Notes: generated from the letters alone by a model not told the origin. 63,984 nt of DNA, filler included, from Olpidium bornovanus S191 (GCA_017911155.1; 27 parts of 27 records of this genome joined end to end with filler, not necessarily neighbours in it); one strand, 5' to 3'; numbered from the whole stretch's first letter, positions 45,294-58,197 are shown. A program made the numbers and translations.

Positions 45294-47214
45294 AACTTTC
45301 CCGACCCACCCCCCCCCGCCGCGCACGCGCGTGGGCGACATCAGCGGGGTCTTTTTTTTTCTTTTTTCTTTTTTTTCCTTTTTTTTTTTTTTTTTTTTTT
45401 TGGAAATTGGGGAAGCCGCCCCTCCGGTGCCCGTCTTCTCCCTCGCCTCGGCGCGCGCGCGCGTCCTGAAGGGCAGAGCAAAAACGGGCAAGACGGCAAC
45501 CCCCCCCACCCGCCACTTTTCTCCCCGGTTTTGTCAGGGAAAAAAATATCAACGCGCAAAAAATCAAAAAAGAAAAAAGAAAAAATCGGGTCGCGGCGTG
45601 CCTGTTTGGAAACGTACGGTACACAGCCGATTTCCCTCGACATAGACGCGGGGCGCACCTTTCGGGATCATTTTTCACGACCTCGCGCCCGGGGTTGTCC
45701 CCGCGACGTCCGCGCGCGACGCGAAGTCTACGCGGGAATCATAAAACCGGGGATCTCGCAACCGACCGCTTGCCGCAGGAGACCATCGAAAAAGACGTCG
45801 GTCCCTCCTGACGCAGAAAGCGACGTCGGCAGTAAAAGGGTTTGATTCAGGTTGTGTTTCGCCCCGTGGCGCCGCCGCGTCGGGCACACCTCGCCACCTC
45901 GCGACGTTTCCGGCGAGACGCGCAGGCCGGGACGCTCTCAGAGTGGGATCGTCGCGTTTGCGCCGCATCACAAAAAGCCGGTTGGGCCACGCGTGGCGTC
46001 TCGTCAAAGGTTTCCGAGACGATGTGAAGTCGACGCCGCGAAACGCCCATTCGACGTTAACGGCGGTGGCATGTTTTTTAGCAGCCCCGCACGGTCATCA
46101 CGTCAGTCGCTTGTTTGTCAAAAGTCGCTTATCTCAGGTTTCGTTGAGGCATCGCGTAAACGCACATTGTGCATACTGGTTGGGATGGAGCGGGGGGGGG
46201 GTGGGTCATGTAGAGAATAAAGGGGCAAAATAAAGGGGGAAGCTTAGACGCTGCGCGCACCAGCCCGCGTTGCCCCTTTGTAAAATCCCCAGCTCCCGTG
46301 GTATAAAATAGAGCTAGAGCAAACTAGNNNNNNNNNNNNNNNNNNNNNNNNNNNNNNNNNNNNNNNNNNNNTTAATTAATTAANNNNNNNNNNNNNNNNN
46401 NNNNNNNNNNNNNNNNNNNNNNNNNNNCATGTTTTCTGGGCAAGAAGGGGAAGGCGGATTATCTTGCTGACTTTAGGCAGAACCGATTTGAGACAAGGTA
46501 CTAGGTGTGGTCTAAGCCCCGGGAGGACAGAAAAACTGCGGCCCCCAAACTTCTCGTCTAAAGCGCTCTGTTGGTCATTAGCCTTGTGGGATCTTTTGAG
46601 TAAATGGGCGCGGCCGTTGAACCCCTGCAATTTGCTCGTAACGTGATAAATCTTTTAATCTGTGTACGAGAATCACGGGGGCGTTCTTTCGTGGTCCCCT
46701 CCAAACGAAATCAGTGTGTTGAAACCCGTAGATGTGGTAGCTACGGTACGCGTGCAGCCTCGAAGCATGTCCATCTTGTATCCGAAAGTCGCTGGGTTCT
46801 CAGACCGAACGGCAATGCGGCCCACTCGAATCGTGCGTTTGTGTGTGTAATGAAAGGATATCTTCCGAGCATCTTCTTTGCCAACGGCAGCTTCCGATAA
46901 TTTGACAACGTTGACAAACGCCGGTCGCCGTCTTCCGGCTTTCTTTTCTTTTTTTTTTTAGAGGGAAAATTAATAAATAAAATAAATAAAGACGTTTCGT
47001 ACCGAAGTCCCCAGTGGCAACGCCTAACGCTCGAGTGGCGTCCAAAAAAAAAAACTAGGGAAATGGGTGGGAAGGTGGGAGAAGAGGGGGAACGAGGAGG
47101 GCGGGAGTGGTTTGACTGCCCCGCGCTCTCTTTCACGCGGGTGGACTCGTAGTAAGGTCGGGAAGAGGAGGAGGAACCGTGCGCGCGCCGCGCGCCGCCC
47201 GTCCGCCGCCAACG

Positions 47215-48369
47215 CTAAGCCAGCCTCCGGAGGCCGAGAAACCCCTCCACGGCGCCGGCGGCGTGAGGTGCGCCGAGCTTCCCGTGGTACAGCACGCCGA
47301 CGGAGGTGCCGGCGGGCAGGGCCAGGAACTCGACGAGGCTAAGCCCCGTGACGATTCCCTCGCGGAGGCGGCCGGCGCCGTCGCGGACGAGGCCGCTGGC
47401 GTGGCGGACGACGTACGAGCTCGCGTTGAGCGCGCTGAGCACCGGCTCGTCGTTCACGAGGAGCTGGACGCTGGCCGGCCGGACGCGCGCAAAGAACGAG
47501 AACGACGCCTCGTACAGGCCGCCCTCGCGCACCGCCACCCGCGTCCCCCCGGCCTTCCACCCGAAATTATCCGGGTCCGTGTTCGCCGCCTCGAGGTCCC
47601 AGGGCACGGCGGAGCCCAGCTTGAGCGCCCCGGACGTCCACAACCAGAAACCCCGGCGCAGCGCCGGCGCCCTGCTCAGCTGCGCCACCTGCGCATTGCA
47701 GGTCGACAGCTCCGTCGCGAGGGTGAACAGCTTGTCGTCCACGTCCCTCGCCAGGCGCTGCAAGTGCGACTGCGTGCAGCAGCTCGGCAGCGGACCGTCC
47801 TCTCCTTCGACGTCTGCCGACCGAGGCCGCCTTGCCGAGCGCCGCGTGTTGCCGTCCGACGTGCGGGACGCCGCGACCGCTCTTTTTCCGGTCCGCGAGG
47901 GGTCGCGGGCGGAATGAAGGCCAGATCGTCGTCGCGATGCGTTGCGCGAGCTCCTGACTGCGCGCTGGTGTTTTTCCATAAACCTCCCGTAAGGGCCTCT
48001 CGCCCGCCCTGAAACCCCGGCCGCCACCGCTCGCCGGCACCATTGCCAGCGGCCCCTGTCGACCAAAACTTGGGCCGTCTCCTTGGCAGCCTTGAGGGCC
48101 TCGTCCTTCAGCCGTTCAGCTGCCGCGATGCGCTCCAGGATCAAGCGTTGCGTTTCGGCGTGATCCTCCGTCCAGCTGCTGAGCTTTGCGTCAAGTTTTT
48201 CCAGGCTTTCTTGAATGGCCGGCCTGATCTCTCTCCGGTTTACCAATGACATGAAGTCGTAAATGCACCTGGGGAGGGGATCGCTTGACAATAAATCCTC
48301 GAAAGATCGCTGCACGGCACCTGGGACCCCGTACCGCGAAAATCGAAGCGCCGTCAAAGCGGTATCCGG

Positions 48370-48404
<35 letters not shown>

Positions 48405-49816
48405 AAAGAAAATGTGAGGTTAGTAGAAACGAAACCGAAACCGGCTCGCCCCAGTCTTGCGGACGTACCTTCAAAAGTGCTAAATTTCGCGAGTTTTGTC
48501 AGCTGAGGTATCACGTTTCCTACCAACCCGTAATCCGCCTTCCGCTCCACGGATTCGGCGAGGCTGGACAGTTTGGCCTGCAGGCTCTCCGACACCGAGT
48601 CGACTTTCCGCAAAAGCAGCTCGTGATTCCGCCTGCCCGCTTCGCTGACCTGATCGCGGAGGTCCTGTCGGAGCGAGTGGAGCGCGGAACGCGTGCGCTC
48701 CTCCGCGCCGTCGTCCCGCCTCTCCGAGTTCACCCTGTCCAGCTCCTCCCGGACCTCCATGACCACGTCCCGCAGGCGCGCGATCTGCGAGTCGATCCTA
48801 CGCTCCAACCTGGGAATGCGCCCGAGCTGATACGCCGTGTCAAACAACGGCTCAGCGGGGCCGTCGCCGGCGCCGGGCGGCCTCCGCGACGCTGACGACT
48901 GCTGCAGGACGAGCTGCTGCAAGTCGATGAGGCTGGAGGTGACGTCCTGCGCGCCCGCCTTGTCCTCGGCAAGGCGCTCGAGCTCCGCGGTCAGCAGCTC
49001 CACGTGGTCGTCGAGCGAGCAGCGAATGCGCTCGACCTTCACGTGGGCATCCTGGGCGACACGCCGGACGTCATCGACGGCCTTGCGGACCTCCTGCGTG
49101 GCTGCCCACTGCTTGGCTGAGACCAGCTCGAAGTCGAGTCTCGTCAGGGGGGAATCCGAATAGTCGCCCGGAGAGCCGGCGGTGGCTGCCGCCGCAGCCG
49201 CTCCCGCGGGACCGCCGTCCGACGTCCGCCTCCTTCTCCTACCCCTCCCCCTCTCGCCCGCAGAGGGCTCGCCTTCGGTGACCTCGGCGGGGCCCCGGTG
49301 CTTCGCCGCAGCCCGGCTGAGCTCGGACCGGCCCAACCTGGTTCTCGACAACTCCCTGCGGCTCCATTCCAGGTCTACCCTCGCCGGCGGAGAGGACGGA
49401 GCCGACCAGGCTTCGGCGCGCAGCTCGTTCCGCAGCCCCTCGAGCGCGTCCGCGACCTCGGCGCGGACCATTTCCCTGACCGCCCTCCGCACGCCGGACC
49501 CCCAGCCGCTCCCGTTCCTGGCGCTCAGGGCGGCGGCGGTGCCGTCCGGCGACGGCGTCGAGTCGGCCGTGGCGGTGTCCGGCTCCGTCGGGGGGCGCCG
49601 GCGGCTGCGGCGACGGGGCCCCCACCCCGCGACGTCGAAGGTGGTTTCGGTGCGCATGCCGGGGTCCTCGTCATCCTCCTCGGCCAGCGAAGGGGAGTCC
49701 CCGAAGCCCGAGAAGCGGAACAATAATTCCGCCGAGGCGTCCAGGAGGCCGCCGCCTCCGGGAAGCAGTTCCCGTTCCCCACCGTCCGACTCAAGCGTAA
49801 AATCGCTGCTCTCCAT
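47215..49816 (-). CDS. Coiled-coil protein with C-terminal C1q/TNF-like beta-sandwich domain
   Basis: Exon 1 from MESSDF (ATG 49816) with long coiled coil; C-terminus GFWLWTSGALKLGSAVPWDLEAANTDPDNFGW...GLYE...VQLLVNDEPVLSA...GLSLVEFLALP...EGFLGLRRL, the family known from ciliates, oomycetes and chytrids. Confidence 0.78.
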
Positions 49817-50849
49817 GTGTGAGATGAGATACGGTACCTGTCCCGACCCGACGCGGAAGTGGGAGGGGGGAAGAGAGAGAACCTTCGAGCCGATCGGCGC
49901 CTCCCACAGAAGCGCCCGAGGCCAGGCTCTGCGCAGGCGAGGAGAGAGAAGGAAAGAGAAGAGAGAGGAGAGATAAGAGAGAGAGAAGGACATGAGGCGC
50001 ACTTGCTGGTCTGCTTCCTTCTCCCTGCTTTTTATTTCCGCGTGCTATCTCAATGGCACCTGTCGGATGCGGTACGCGGGAACGCGGGCGAGCGGCAAGG
50101 GCTTTTACCGGCTTGCACAGGCCAAGTTGGCGCGCGACGCAAAACGGGAACCTCTGTCGGTGGATGTGGATGACGACGATCGCGGCGGCGACGGGGCCGG
50201 GCCGGGCCGAGGAAGAATGGGAGGGGTGGGGGGCCGTCCTTCCCTGGGACGGTTCGCTCCCCTGGTGAAAACACCTCGGATGCAGCAGCGAGGCTCGGGC
50301 TCGTGTGGAAACGCGAGACGCGCGGGGTGGATCGGTCTGCGTCGACGAGAGGCGCGATCAGGAGCACTCCTAAATCTTTCTCTCTCACACACACACACTT
50401 TCTCTGCGCGGAGCGTTTTGGATCTCCCGCGTTCGGCGAGCCGCGGAGGCTTGCTCGGCGGGGGGGTCACGGCCGGCCCGTGGGCGAGAAAGAAAGAAAG
50501 GGAGGGGACACTGGGCCGCACAGCCGTTGCGTCCCGGTCCTTCAAACGCGTTTGGGCCCTTGGGCCGGAGGAGAGGGGAGGCCAGCAGTTGTTAGCAAAA
50601 CGTCCTTAATAAGAGGGTTCTTCGTTTGGCAAAAGGAGCACCAGCCGCACGTGCACATAGCCGTTCTCTTGCGGGCAAGCAATCTGATCCGACAAACAGG
50701 CAAAACGAGAGAGAGAGAAAAAAAGCAAGGTTTCGCGCAGGTTTCGCACGATATCATCTACAGCGCAACCACGGGGGTCTTTTGACAGCTCCGTTGTTAC
50801 GTGCGCAAAGCAGCAGCAACGTGAACAGTATTAACCGTGCCTGTTCACT

Positions 50850-51017
50850 CATAAATAAAAACACCCCCCCGGCCCCAGGCTGCACGACCGGGAACGGCCA
50901 TGAGTCTGATCGACAAACCAAACCGCTGTCATCGATCCGTACCTCCCCGCGATCCATTGTCTGCACGAGGTCATCACATTCGTGTCGCAGGTGACCCTCC
51001 CGGTGGCACCACATACC
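50850..51017 (-). mobile_element. Ty3/gypsy Gag zinc-knuckle remnant
   Basis: (G)MWCHREGHLRHECDDLVQTMDRGEVRIDDSGLVC...PVVQPGAGG is a CX2CX4HX4C knuckle with the first Cys lost, plus a characteristic downstream segment. Confidence 0.55.
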
Positions 51018-51382
51018 CAGTTAGAGTTTTTTCCCCCACTAATTCTGCGTGCAGCAAGGACGTGTTGGGCGTATTTCGTGCCTCTTCCCCCCCTTCCTCT
51101 CCACTCTTCCCTGAAAAAACAAGAAAAATGTGCGCGCGACATTTCTCTCTCGACGCGTTCACGGGACACGACTCAACGCAGGCGCCCGCCCAGCGCGGAA
51201 AACTCTAGAGTATATCGTCGGAGTCGCCGGCTAAAGTGGGCGGCCCTGTCCCGGGTGTGCTGGCGGAAGACGGGGCCGCCGCACTTTGCCGAAGCGCCGG
51301 ATGCTCTCCCAACCGCCGCCGCCGCCGCCGCCGCGCGCGCGGGGAAAGAAGAAGCGCCTCTCTCTTCTTCAGCCCGCTCACC

Positions 51383-51441
<59 letters not shown>

Positions 51442-51550
51442 TCCCACCGGNNNNNNNNNNNNNNNNNNNNNNNNNNNNNNNNNNNNNNNNNNNNTTAATT
51501 AATTAANNNNNNNNNNNNNNNNNNNNNNNNNNNNNNNNNNNNNNNNNNNN

Positions 51551-51947
51551 CATGCGATATTGTGGCAAAAAGCATTGAGGACCTGGTACGTTTCCACCCA
51601 GCTATCCCGGGGAGCGGGGGTTTCCCGCCGCGTCCGCTTTTCGGCGGAAAGTCGTCTAACGCTCGGTCGTCGCGCGTCAAACGTGCCAATCGGCTCCTAA
51701 CGTCCTTTTCCAGATTTTGTGCAAAACGGAACGACTCGACGTTCCGCGCCGCCTCCACCGCCTGATAATCGGTCGGGGAGGCCGCCAAATCAACGAGATC
51801 CGCGACCAGACCGGGTGTGAGGTATATGTGCCGCCAGCTGGAAAGGGGGGTGATTTCGTCACTTTGTCGGGGAGCGAAGACGCGATCAAGGCCGCCAAGT
51901 TCATTATCGAGGGAATCATTAAAGGCGGTAACGATGACAGGCAGTGA
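51551..51947 (+). CDS. Last KH domain of a vigilin/Scp160-like protein
   Basis: VPRRLHRLIIGRGGRQINEIRDQTGCEVYVP...VTLSGSEDAIKAAKFIIE*; GxxG KH loop; upstream GT-AG intron. Confidence 0.75.
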
Positions 51948-53625
51948 ACCTGCTGCTTGCTGGGCTCGCCTCGGGCTCGCTTGCCCCTTTTGGAACATCT
52001 TCTCTCTGGTTCCTTCCCCCCCCCCCCCCCCCTTTCTTCCCGTTTGGTTCGATAGCTGCCGCCAGATCTGCGATTCTTGTTCTCTACCGTTGGTCGAGGT
52101 TTTGTGTCCCCTCTCTCCTCTTTTCCCCCTCCCCTTTTTTTTTCCCTCTTTTTTTTTTTAAAAAAAACTGTTTGCGCGGATCACTGTCGGTTTGCGGCTC
52201 CACACTCGAAGTTAGAAAAAAATAGTCCCAACCAGGACCCCATTCGAGGGGGGGATCAGATCTAGGACGAGCCGGCCCGGAAGAGAAGCGGTGGGAGGGG
52301 GACACCGGATTCTCCGCGCCCATCCCGCCTTCCACGACGCCTCGCAAACGGCCCGTGAAACGGCCGCCAAACGCCGACGAAACCAAAATACCGCCCCACC
52401 CTTTTCTTCTCCATGATCTCTTCTCCATGACGAGGAAGTGAGCCGACCAAAAAAAAAAAAAAAAAACTCCGACACCTTATCTGCGCGTTCAGCTCCCCTC
52501 CTGCACAATACGTCTGAAAATTCTTGCACGCGACGCTCGGGTATCTGCCCCCCCCCCCCCCCCCCCCCCAATCAAAAAAAGGCTGTCAAAAGTTATTTTC
52601 GCAATTCAAACTGCTTTTTCCATCGCTTTGCGGCGCACACACGCACACGCACATGTACACGCACTCGCGCACGCACTCGCACACGCCGACGNNNNNNNNN
52701 NNNNNNNNNNNNNNNNNNNNNNNNNNNNNNNNNNNTTAATTAATTAANNNNNNNNNNNNNNNNNNNNNNNNNNNNNNNNNNNNNNNNNNNNCATGGAATG
52801 GAGAAAATCTCTGACTTCTCCTCGGCATTGACAGATCAGAGGTGCAAGTGGTGCCAACAAGCGAAGCAGAGGGGGATGTACCAGAGCTCGAATACAGAAT
52901 AAAACGAAAGTAAAACAAAGTCAGAGGGCAGGGGATGGCGGGGAGTGAGCGTGCCGATGATCTGCCGGGATAAGATGAAATTAATGCCGGGTATCAACCG
53001 GGAATTTCAGCCAGGAACAAAACGGTGACTTACGGGGTGATGGAGACGACCGCTTATCCCCCCACACACACCTCACCCCTTCCACGTTCTCTTTGTCCAT
53101 TCCGCACCCGCCCTCCCCCCGTTTGACAGATCAGGGAAATCCGCGAACGCACATCACGAATCGCGCAAGCTGCAAAAAAGAGAAGGACGTCGACGAGGGA
53201 AACAAGACAGAAAAGGCAAAAAACACCTGAGCAAGTCACGGCTTGCAGGAAACTACGTACATTGAAGACGGGAAAAAAAAACTGTGCGAAGGGCAGCAGC
53301 CGAGAATGATGTTGTTTGACTGGCTCCCGCTTGTCTCCTGGATGTGCTTACTTTGCACAGACAAGCAGCGCAAAAATGCGAGAAAGGGCACCTGCCCCCA
53401 CCCTCTTTTGTTCCCGTTCACAACAATGTTTCCGTTGTTTTTATCAGGAACACAACGGATCCAGGGACGGTCGCCACAAATGCGACCGGGTAAAGCGAGG
53501 ACTGTGCGAAAATTCTGAGATATTACAAAATTTCTAATTGAAATCCGGCACAAGGTCGACCCCCACCCCCCAGCTTATCAGCCTCCTCACCCCCGCCCTT
53601 GATCCCCCACCACCCCCCCGCCCAT

Positions 53626-54906
53626 TCACCGATTTTCCATCGCGACGACAAAATCGAACTCATCTTTGGTGACAGGTTGGACAGAAAGCCTTCCCCTCTT
53701 GACCAGGGCCATATCCTTGAGCGGGCCGCCCTCCGCAGCCACCCGCTGCAATTCGCCGAGCGGCACCAGCCGCTTCAGCTGCCTCACGTACTGCACGTCA
53801 ACCATGAACCACCGCGGGTTCTCCGGGTCCGACTTCTGGTCGTGGTACGGGTGCTGCGGGTCGAAGGCCGTGTAGTCCGGGTAGGCCTCCTTTATGACCT
53901 GTCGCAGGATAGTGAGATGAGCCGGCGTTGCAGACACCCAAAAGCCGTGCGAAGAAAATTCGGGAGCGTGCGGGAAGACTCGGGAGTTTCACCTTTGCGA
54001 TACCGGCAACCCCCTGAAAATGAGAACGACGTAACGGCGAAGGATGTTGAGGAAATGGAGATGCCCCACAAACGGGCGTTTTCCCGGACAGTGATCGTAC
54101 AAAGCACGACCTCCACGCACCGGAACTTTGGTGTTCGAGTGGTAGAATAGAACCAGGTCGCCCACCCGCATCTGTTTCATGAGGTTTTTGGCCTCGTGGT
54201 TACGGACGCCGTCCCATGCCGAGATGCCGTCTTTCATCGCAGCGAGGTCCTCTTTCAAGAGAAAAAATTTTTAATTCGTACCCGTAAAATTGTTAATTGT
54301 TGAACGAAAGAAACGTCGGTTTTGCCCAATGAGGAGGCTGTTTTGGTTGATTTTTTTTTTCCCCCTCTTTCCCGGCATGTGTAAGACATTTTGGGAGCTT
54401 CGCTCACCTATGCTAAACTTGACGTCCTTGCATCGCCGCGAACCTCAGGGTCAGGATCCAGACCGCTAGGAACGGGGCTTATCTTCAACGCACGCCTCTC
54501 GTCCGGCAAAGCCGGCTGACCCCCGCCTCGTCCGCACCTTGCCTTTTACGACGCGACTGTCCGGCTCCGTTTTCATCAGCCAGCACTGCGAACGCAACTC
54601 CGGCGCGGGCGCGGCGGGGGGTTCCCCTGGCCGCCCCTCATCCGGCTCCGCGGCGCGCGGCGAGGCCTTCCGCGGCCGTTTGGAAGCGCGGGGTCGGTCG
54701 CGGACGCAGGCCGGAGCTTCCGGCGATCCGGGGCTGCCGGGCGGCGGGGGGCCACCGCCGGCGGCGGTGACGGCCTGGCGGAAAACGCGCGGCGGCGGAC
54801 GGCGGAGGCCGCGTCGAACCTGCCGCGGCTGCTGCTGCTGCTGCTGTTGTTTCTGCCGTGCGGCGGCGGGTGCGCCCGAGCGGAGCGGAGCGGTTGCGTC
54901 GGCCAT
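53626..54906 (-). CDS. THYN1: EVE-domain protein (THYN1/Thy28 homologue; complete, multi-exon)
   Basis: [21 protein letters not shown]...[21 protein letters not shown]...[12 protein letters not shown]...LGELQ...RLSVQPV. Confidence 0.93.
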
Positions 54907-55546
54907 GGACGGGCGCGCGCGTGCGTGTTCTGCTCGGTCTGCCTTTGGCGCGGGCGAGCTGGTGCGGAGCGCGGCGGAGCGGGCGAGGGGGTCGCGAGGG
55001 ATAAATACTGTACGCATGTCACGTGACCGGGCAGAGGTCTCCACTTGGCGTTGTGTGCGGGTGTGAGAGCCCGTCGCCAACAGCGTCGATATTTGCTACA
55101 CACATTTTACACATTGGGTCCCCGTCAGAGATAGCGCCAGGGTTAATCATGATGCTTACCAATGACATCAACCATAAAATAGTTTATTTTAGTTTGCTCA
55201 TCTGATTAAAGTCCCATTTTTTCCCTTGCGTATCTTTTTTAACTTACCAACTTCGTTGGGCTTTGACGGTTGTGGAAGTTGCAGACACGGCAAATTTGAT
55301 TATTCGCTACACGATAGCTAAATCTCATGCAGATTCTGACACAGCATCCGACGTAAATCTGGTTCAGAATGCAACTCGGATTTGGAAGCAGAATCGGATG
55401 CAAAATCAAAGCAGAATATTTGACAAAAAATCTGATGCTGATTCAANNNNNNNNNNNNNNNNNNNNNNNNNNNNNNNNNNNNNNNNNNNNTTAATTAATT
55501 AANNNNNNNNNNNNNNNNNNNNNNNNNNNNNNNNNNNNNNNNNNNN

Positions 55547-56014
55547 CATGTCAATTCAGACTGGGCCTCCGACGCAGCGGACCGGCACTCCCAGACAGGA
55601 TATGTCTTCAGCCTGACGGGTGGCCCGATCCACTGGCGATCCATTAAACAACAGAGCATCACGCTCTCATTGGAAGCCGAGATCATCGTGGCATCCGAAG
55701 TCGCACGCGACGCGCTTTGGATTGCCAGCCTCGCCGCTGATCTCGGTGCCATCACACGGGACACTGGCATTCCCGTATTCATCAACAACTCTCGCGCCAA
55801 GCTCCTCGCTAAAGGTGCCACAGGAAGCACATGCAGTAAGCATATCGACGTCCGCAATCAGTTCGTCTGACAGGCAGTCGACGACAAACGAATCAAGCTT
55901 CACCGCGTATCGTCAGCGGACAACCTCGCCGACGGCCTGACCAAGGCACTACCCCGGCCGCGCTTGGAAATGCTCCGTTCTGAGATGGGAATGGTTGATA
56001 CGCTGCAAGCTTGA
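55547..56014 (+). mobile_element. Degenerate Ty1/copia RNase H (3' end of pol)
   Basis: HVNSDWASD...SQTGYVF...GGPIHWRSIKQ...EAE...KHIDVRNQFV*Q...VSSADNLADGLTK; stop, frameshift and mutated catalytic Asp residues. Confidence 0.9.
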
Positions 56015-56526
56015 TAAACGGAAGCGAGCAGAAGGCCTGTCAACGACGCATGCACGCGAATCCTCCAACTCCCTCAACTTTGATGCACAAACGCGATTTC
56101 CCTTTGTTGTTTTATTTTATTACAATTCCCGATTGTCTTAGTTTTTCTCATTCGACTCAATCTCCCCATCGATTTCATTCCTGTTTGATTCATCAGTCAC
56201 GCCTCCACGAATCAATTTGCCCCGCGTGTTCCATTCCATCTGCCTTCATGCACACGCCGTCCAGGAGGGCGCATTACAATGTGGTCACGTGACACCCTGT
56301 ATAGACGAGAATCCCGATGGTTGAGAGAATAACAGTGACACAACCCCTTCAAAACCTCGTAAAAAGGCGTAAAGGCGTAAAGGCACCAGACATCGTCGTC
56401 AGTATTTTTGTCTCATAAGCAGACAAGTGTTCAGTTGCAAAAAACTCCCGATTCCGCAGAATCGTATGCATCGTCCCACTGTCTACCAATGCCTCAACTG
56501 TCTCACCGGAACTTTCGGCCAAAACT

Positions 56527-56624
56527 GCGGCAGCGTGCCGGTGCGTGTCAGCGTGAGAGCGTGCCGGTGCGTGTCAGCGTGGGAGCGTGCGTGACAACGC
56601 TGACACGCACCGGCACGCTGCCGC
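56527..56624. repeat. 28-bp perfect inverted repeat with duplicated left arm
   Basis: gcggcagcgtgccggtgcgtgtcagcgt (56527-56554) is the reverse complement of 56597-56624; a second left-arm copy lies at 56558-56580. Confidence 0.92.
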
Positions 56625-57779
56625 TCTCGCGTCAGCGACATCGGCCTGGGTCGCCATGGCTTCGAACTCGTAGGGGTCCATGGACGTCAGGTCGGCCGCA
56701 GCAGATGTCGCACTGGGAGCCGCAGCTACCCCAGTGAGGTTGGACTCCCAGCCACTTGCGGCTCGGGCCCTAAATTCTTTGTGCTCCTTATAGACCGTGC
56801 GTAAGTATGGGGAAGCCCGGCAGCCCGCAGCCAAATGACCGGTATGACCGCAGCTGTGGCACTCTCGTGTTTCCACGGAGGCCTGAGCACGCGGTGCATT
56901 CGCCACATTCTTATCCGTCCACTTACCTCTTCCCCGGCGACTCCTCGCAGCCTTCTCGCCTCCTCTCGCTTGGCTTCCCTGGGGAGCACGGCCTCGGCCG
57001 CTGTTCCCGGTGTTGACCATGTGGCTCTCGGGGGCAGGCGCACACGCAGGACGCTGCTCTGCAGTGGCGAGCAGGAGCTCTCGGTTCCTTTCGGCGAGCT
57101 GCAACTGTGTCGCCAACTCGTGGTAGCTGGCGTATCCCTGTTGGCGGTATTGCTCCGCCAAGACAGCACTCCCCACAGGGAGTGACGTCAGAGTCCTTTC
57201 AATCATATCGCTCTCGGCGACCTGCTCTCCGCAGAGGCGTAAGGTCGAGACTATCTCGTGGAGTCTCGCGTCGTACTCGCTGATAGACCTGAAGTCCATC
57301 ACCCGCAGGTTGAGCCAGTCGTGTTTCGCCTGCCGGAGCAGGATCACACGACGGTTGTCAAACCTCGCTTTGAGCGTACCCCAAAGGGCGGCAGGGTCCT
57401 TCTCGAGGACGTAATGAGTCTGAAGCCTGTGGTCCAGGTGGTGGACCAGAAGGTTCAGCGCGCCGGCCCGCTGGGCGGGGGTACACGCTCCGGGCCGCGG
57501 CTCCCCCGGGGATGGCGACTGCCATGTCCACTTCCTGAGCGGTCAGGTGGGACTGGGCGTGCTGAGCCCACGAGAGATAGTTGCTGCCATCTGCAGCAAG
57601 AGCTGGGAAGAGGAGAAGGGCGAGGAGCGAGGAGGGGGAAGAGTCGTGAGCCATCGGAGAGGTCGGAAGCTAAAGACGAGCGAGCAGGGAAAAGTTTCTG
57701 GGCAGGAGCAGGGGACAGGAAGAACTTAGAAACACGCAGTTTCAGCTTCTCGGCGAGGGCGAGGCAAACGGGCAGCAGC

Positions 57780-58090
57780 GCAAAACGGCGAGTCCGGCAG
57801 CGCGAGACGGGTGGGCGCGAGCGGGCGACGGCGGCGGCGGCGGCGTGATGCAGCGGCGCTCGGCGGAGGCGCTCACGGCGGAGGTGGCACGGTGCGGCGG
57901 CGGCGGCGGCGTGATGCGGTGGCGCTCGGCGGAGGCGCTCACGACGGAGGTGGCGCGGTGGCGAACGGCGGCGAAGCGGTGGCGGCGAAGCGGCGGCGAA
58001 CGGCGGCAAAGCGGTGGCGGCGAACGGCGGCGAAGCGGCGGCGGCGAACGGCGGCGAAGGGGCGGCGGCGGCGGCGAAAGCGAAGCGAAA
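57780..58090. repeat. GC-rich minisatellites in the retroelement leader
   Basis: About 60-bp unit gtgatgc(a/g)g(c/t)ggcgctcggcggaggcgctcacg twice, then several ggcggcgaacggcggcgaagc-type units. Confidence 0.8.
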
Positions 58091-58185
58091 ACGTCGGGTG
58101 TGCGCGAAGCGAAGTGAAGGCGCGAAGATGGCGTCTCGGCGGACGAACGACGGGAGAGAGAGCAAAGCTACGGGCGCCGGCAATG

Positions 58186-58197
58186 GTGCTGATAACG
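58186..58197 (-). promoter_or_regulatory. Primer-binding site complementary to the tRNA-Ile anticodon arm (half-tRNA priming)
   Basis: CGTTATCAGCAC directly after the LTR-terminal CA; reverse complement GTGCTGATAACG matches GUGCU(I)AUAACG of eukaryotic tRNA-Ile(IAU). Confidence 0.7.

Noticed and set aside
56280-56345. 3' LTR twin of the Bianca-like element
   Set aside because: Shares only TCACGTGAC with 58198-58333; not an alignable copy.
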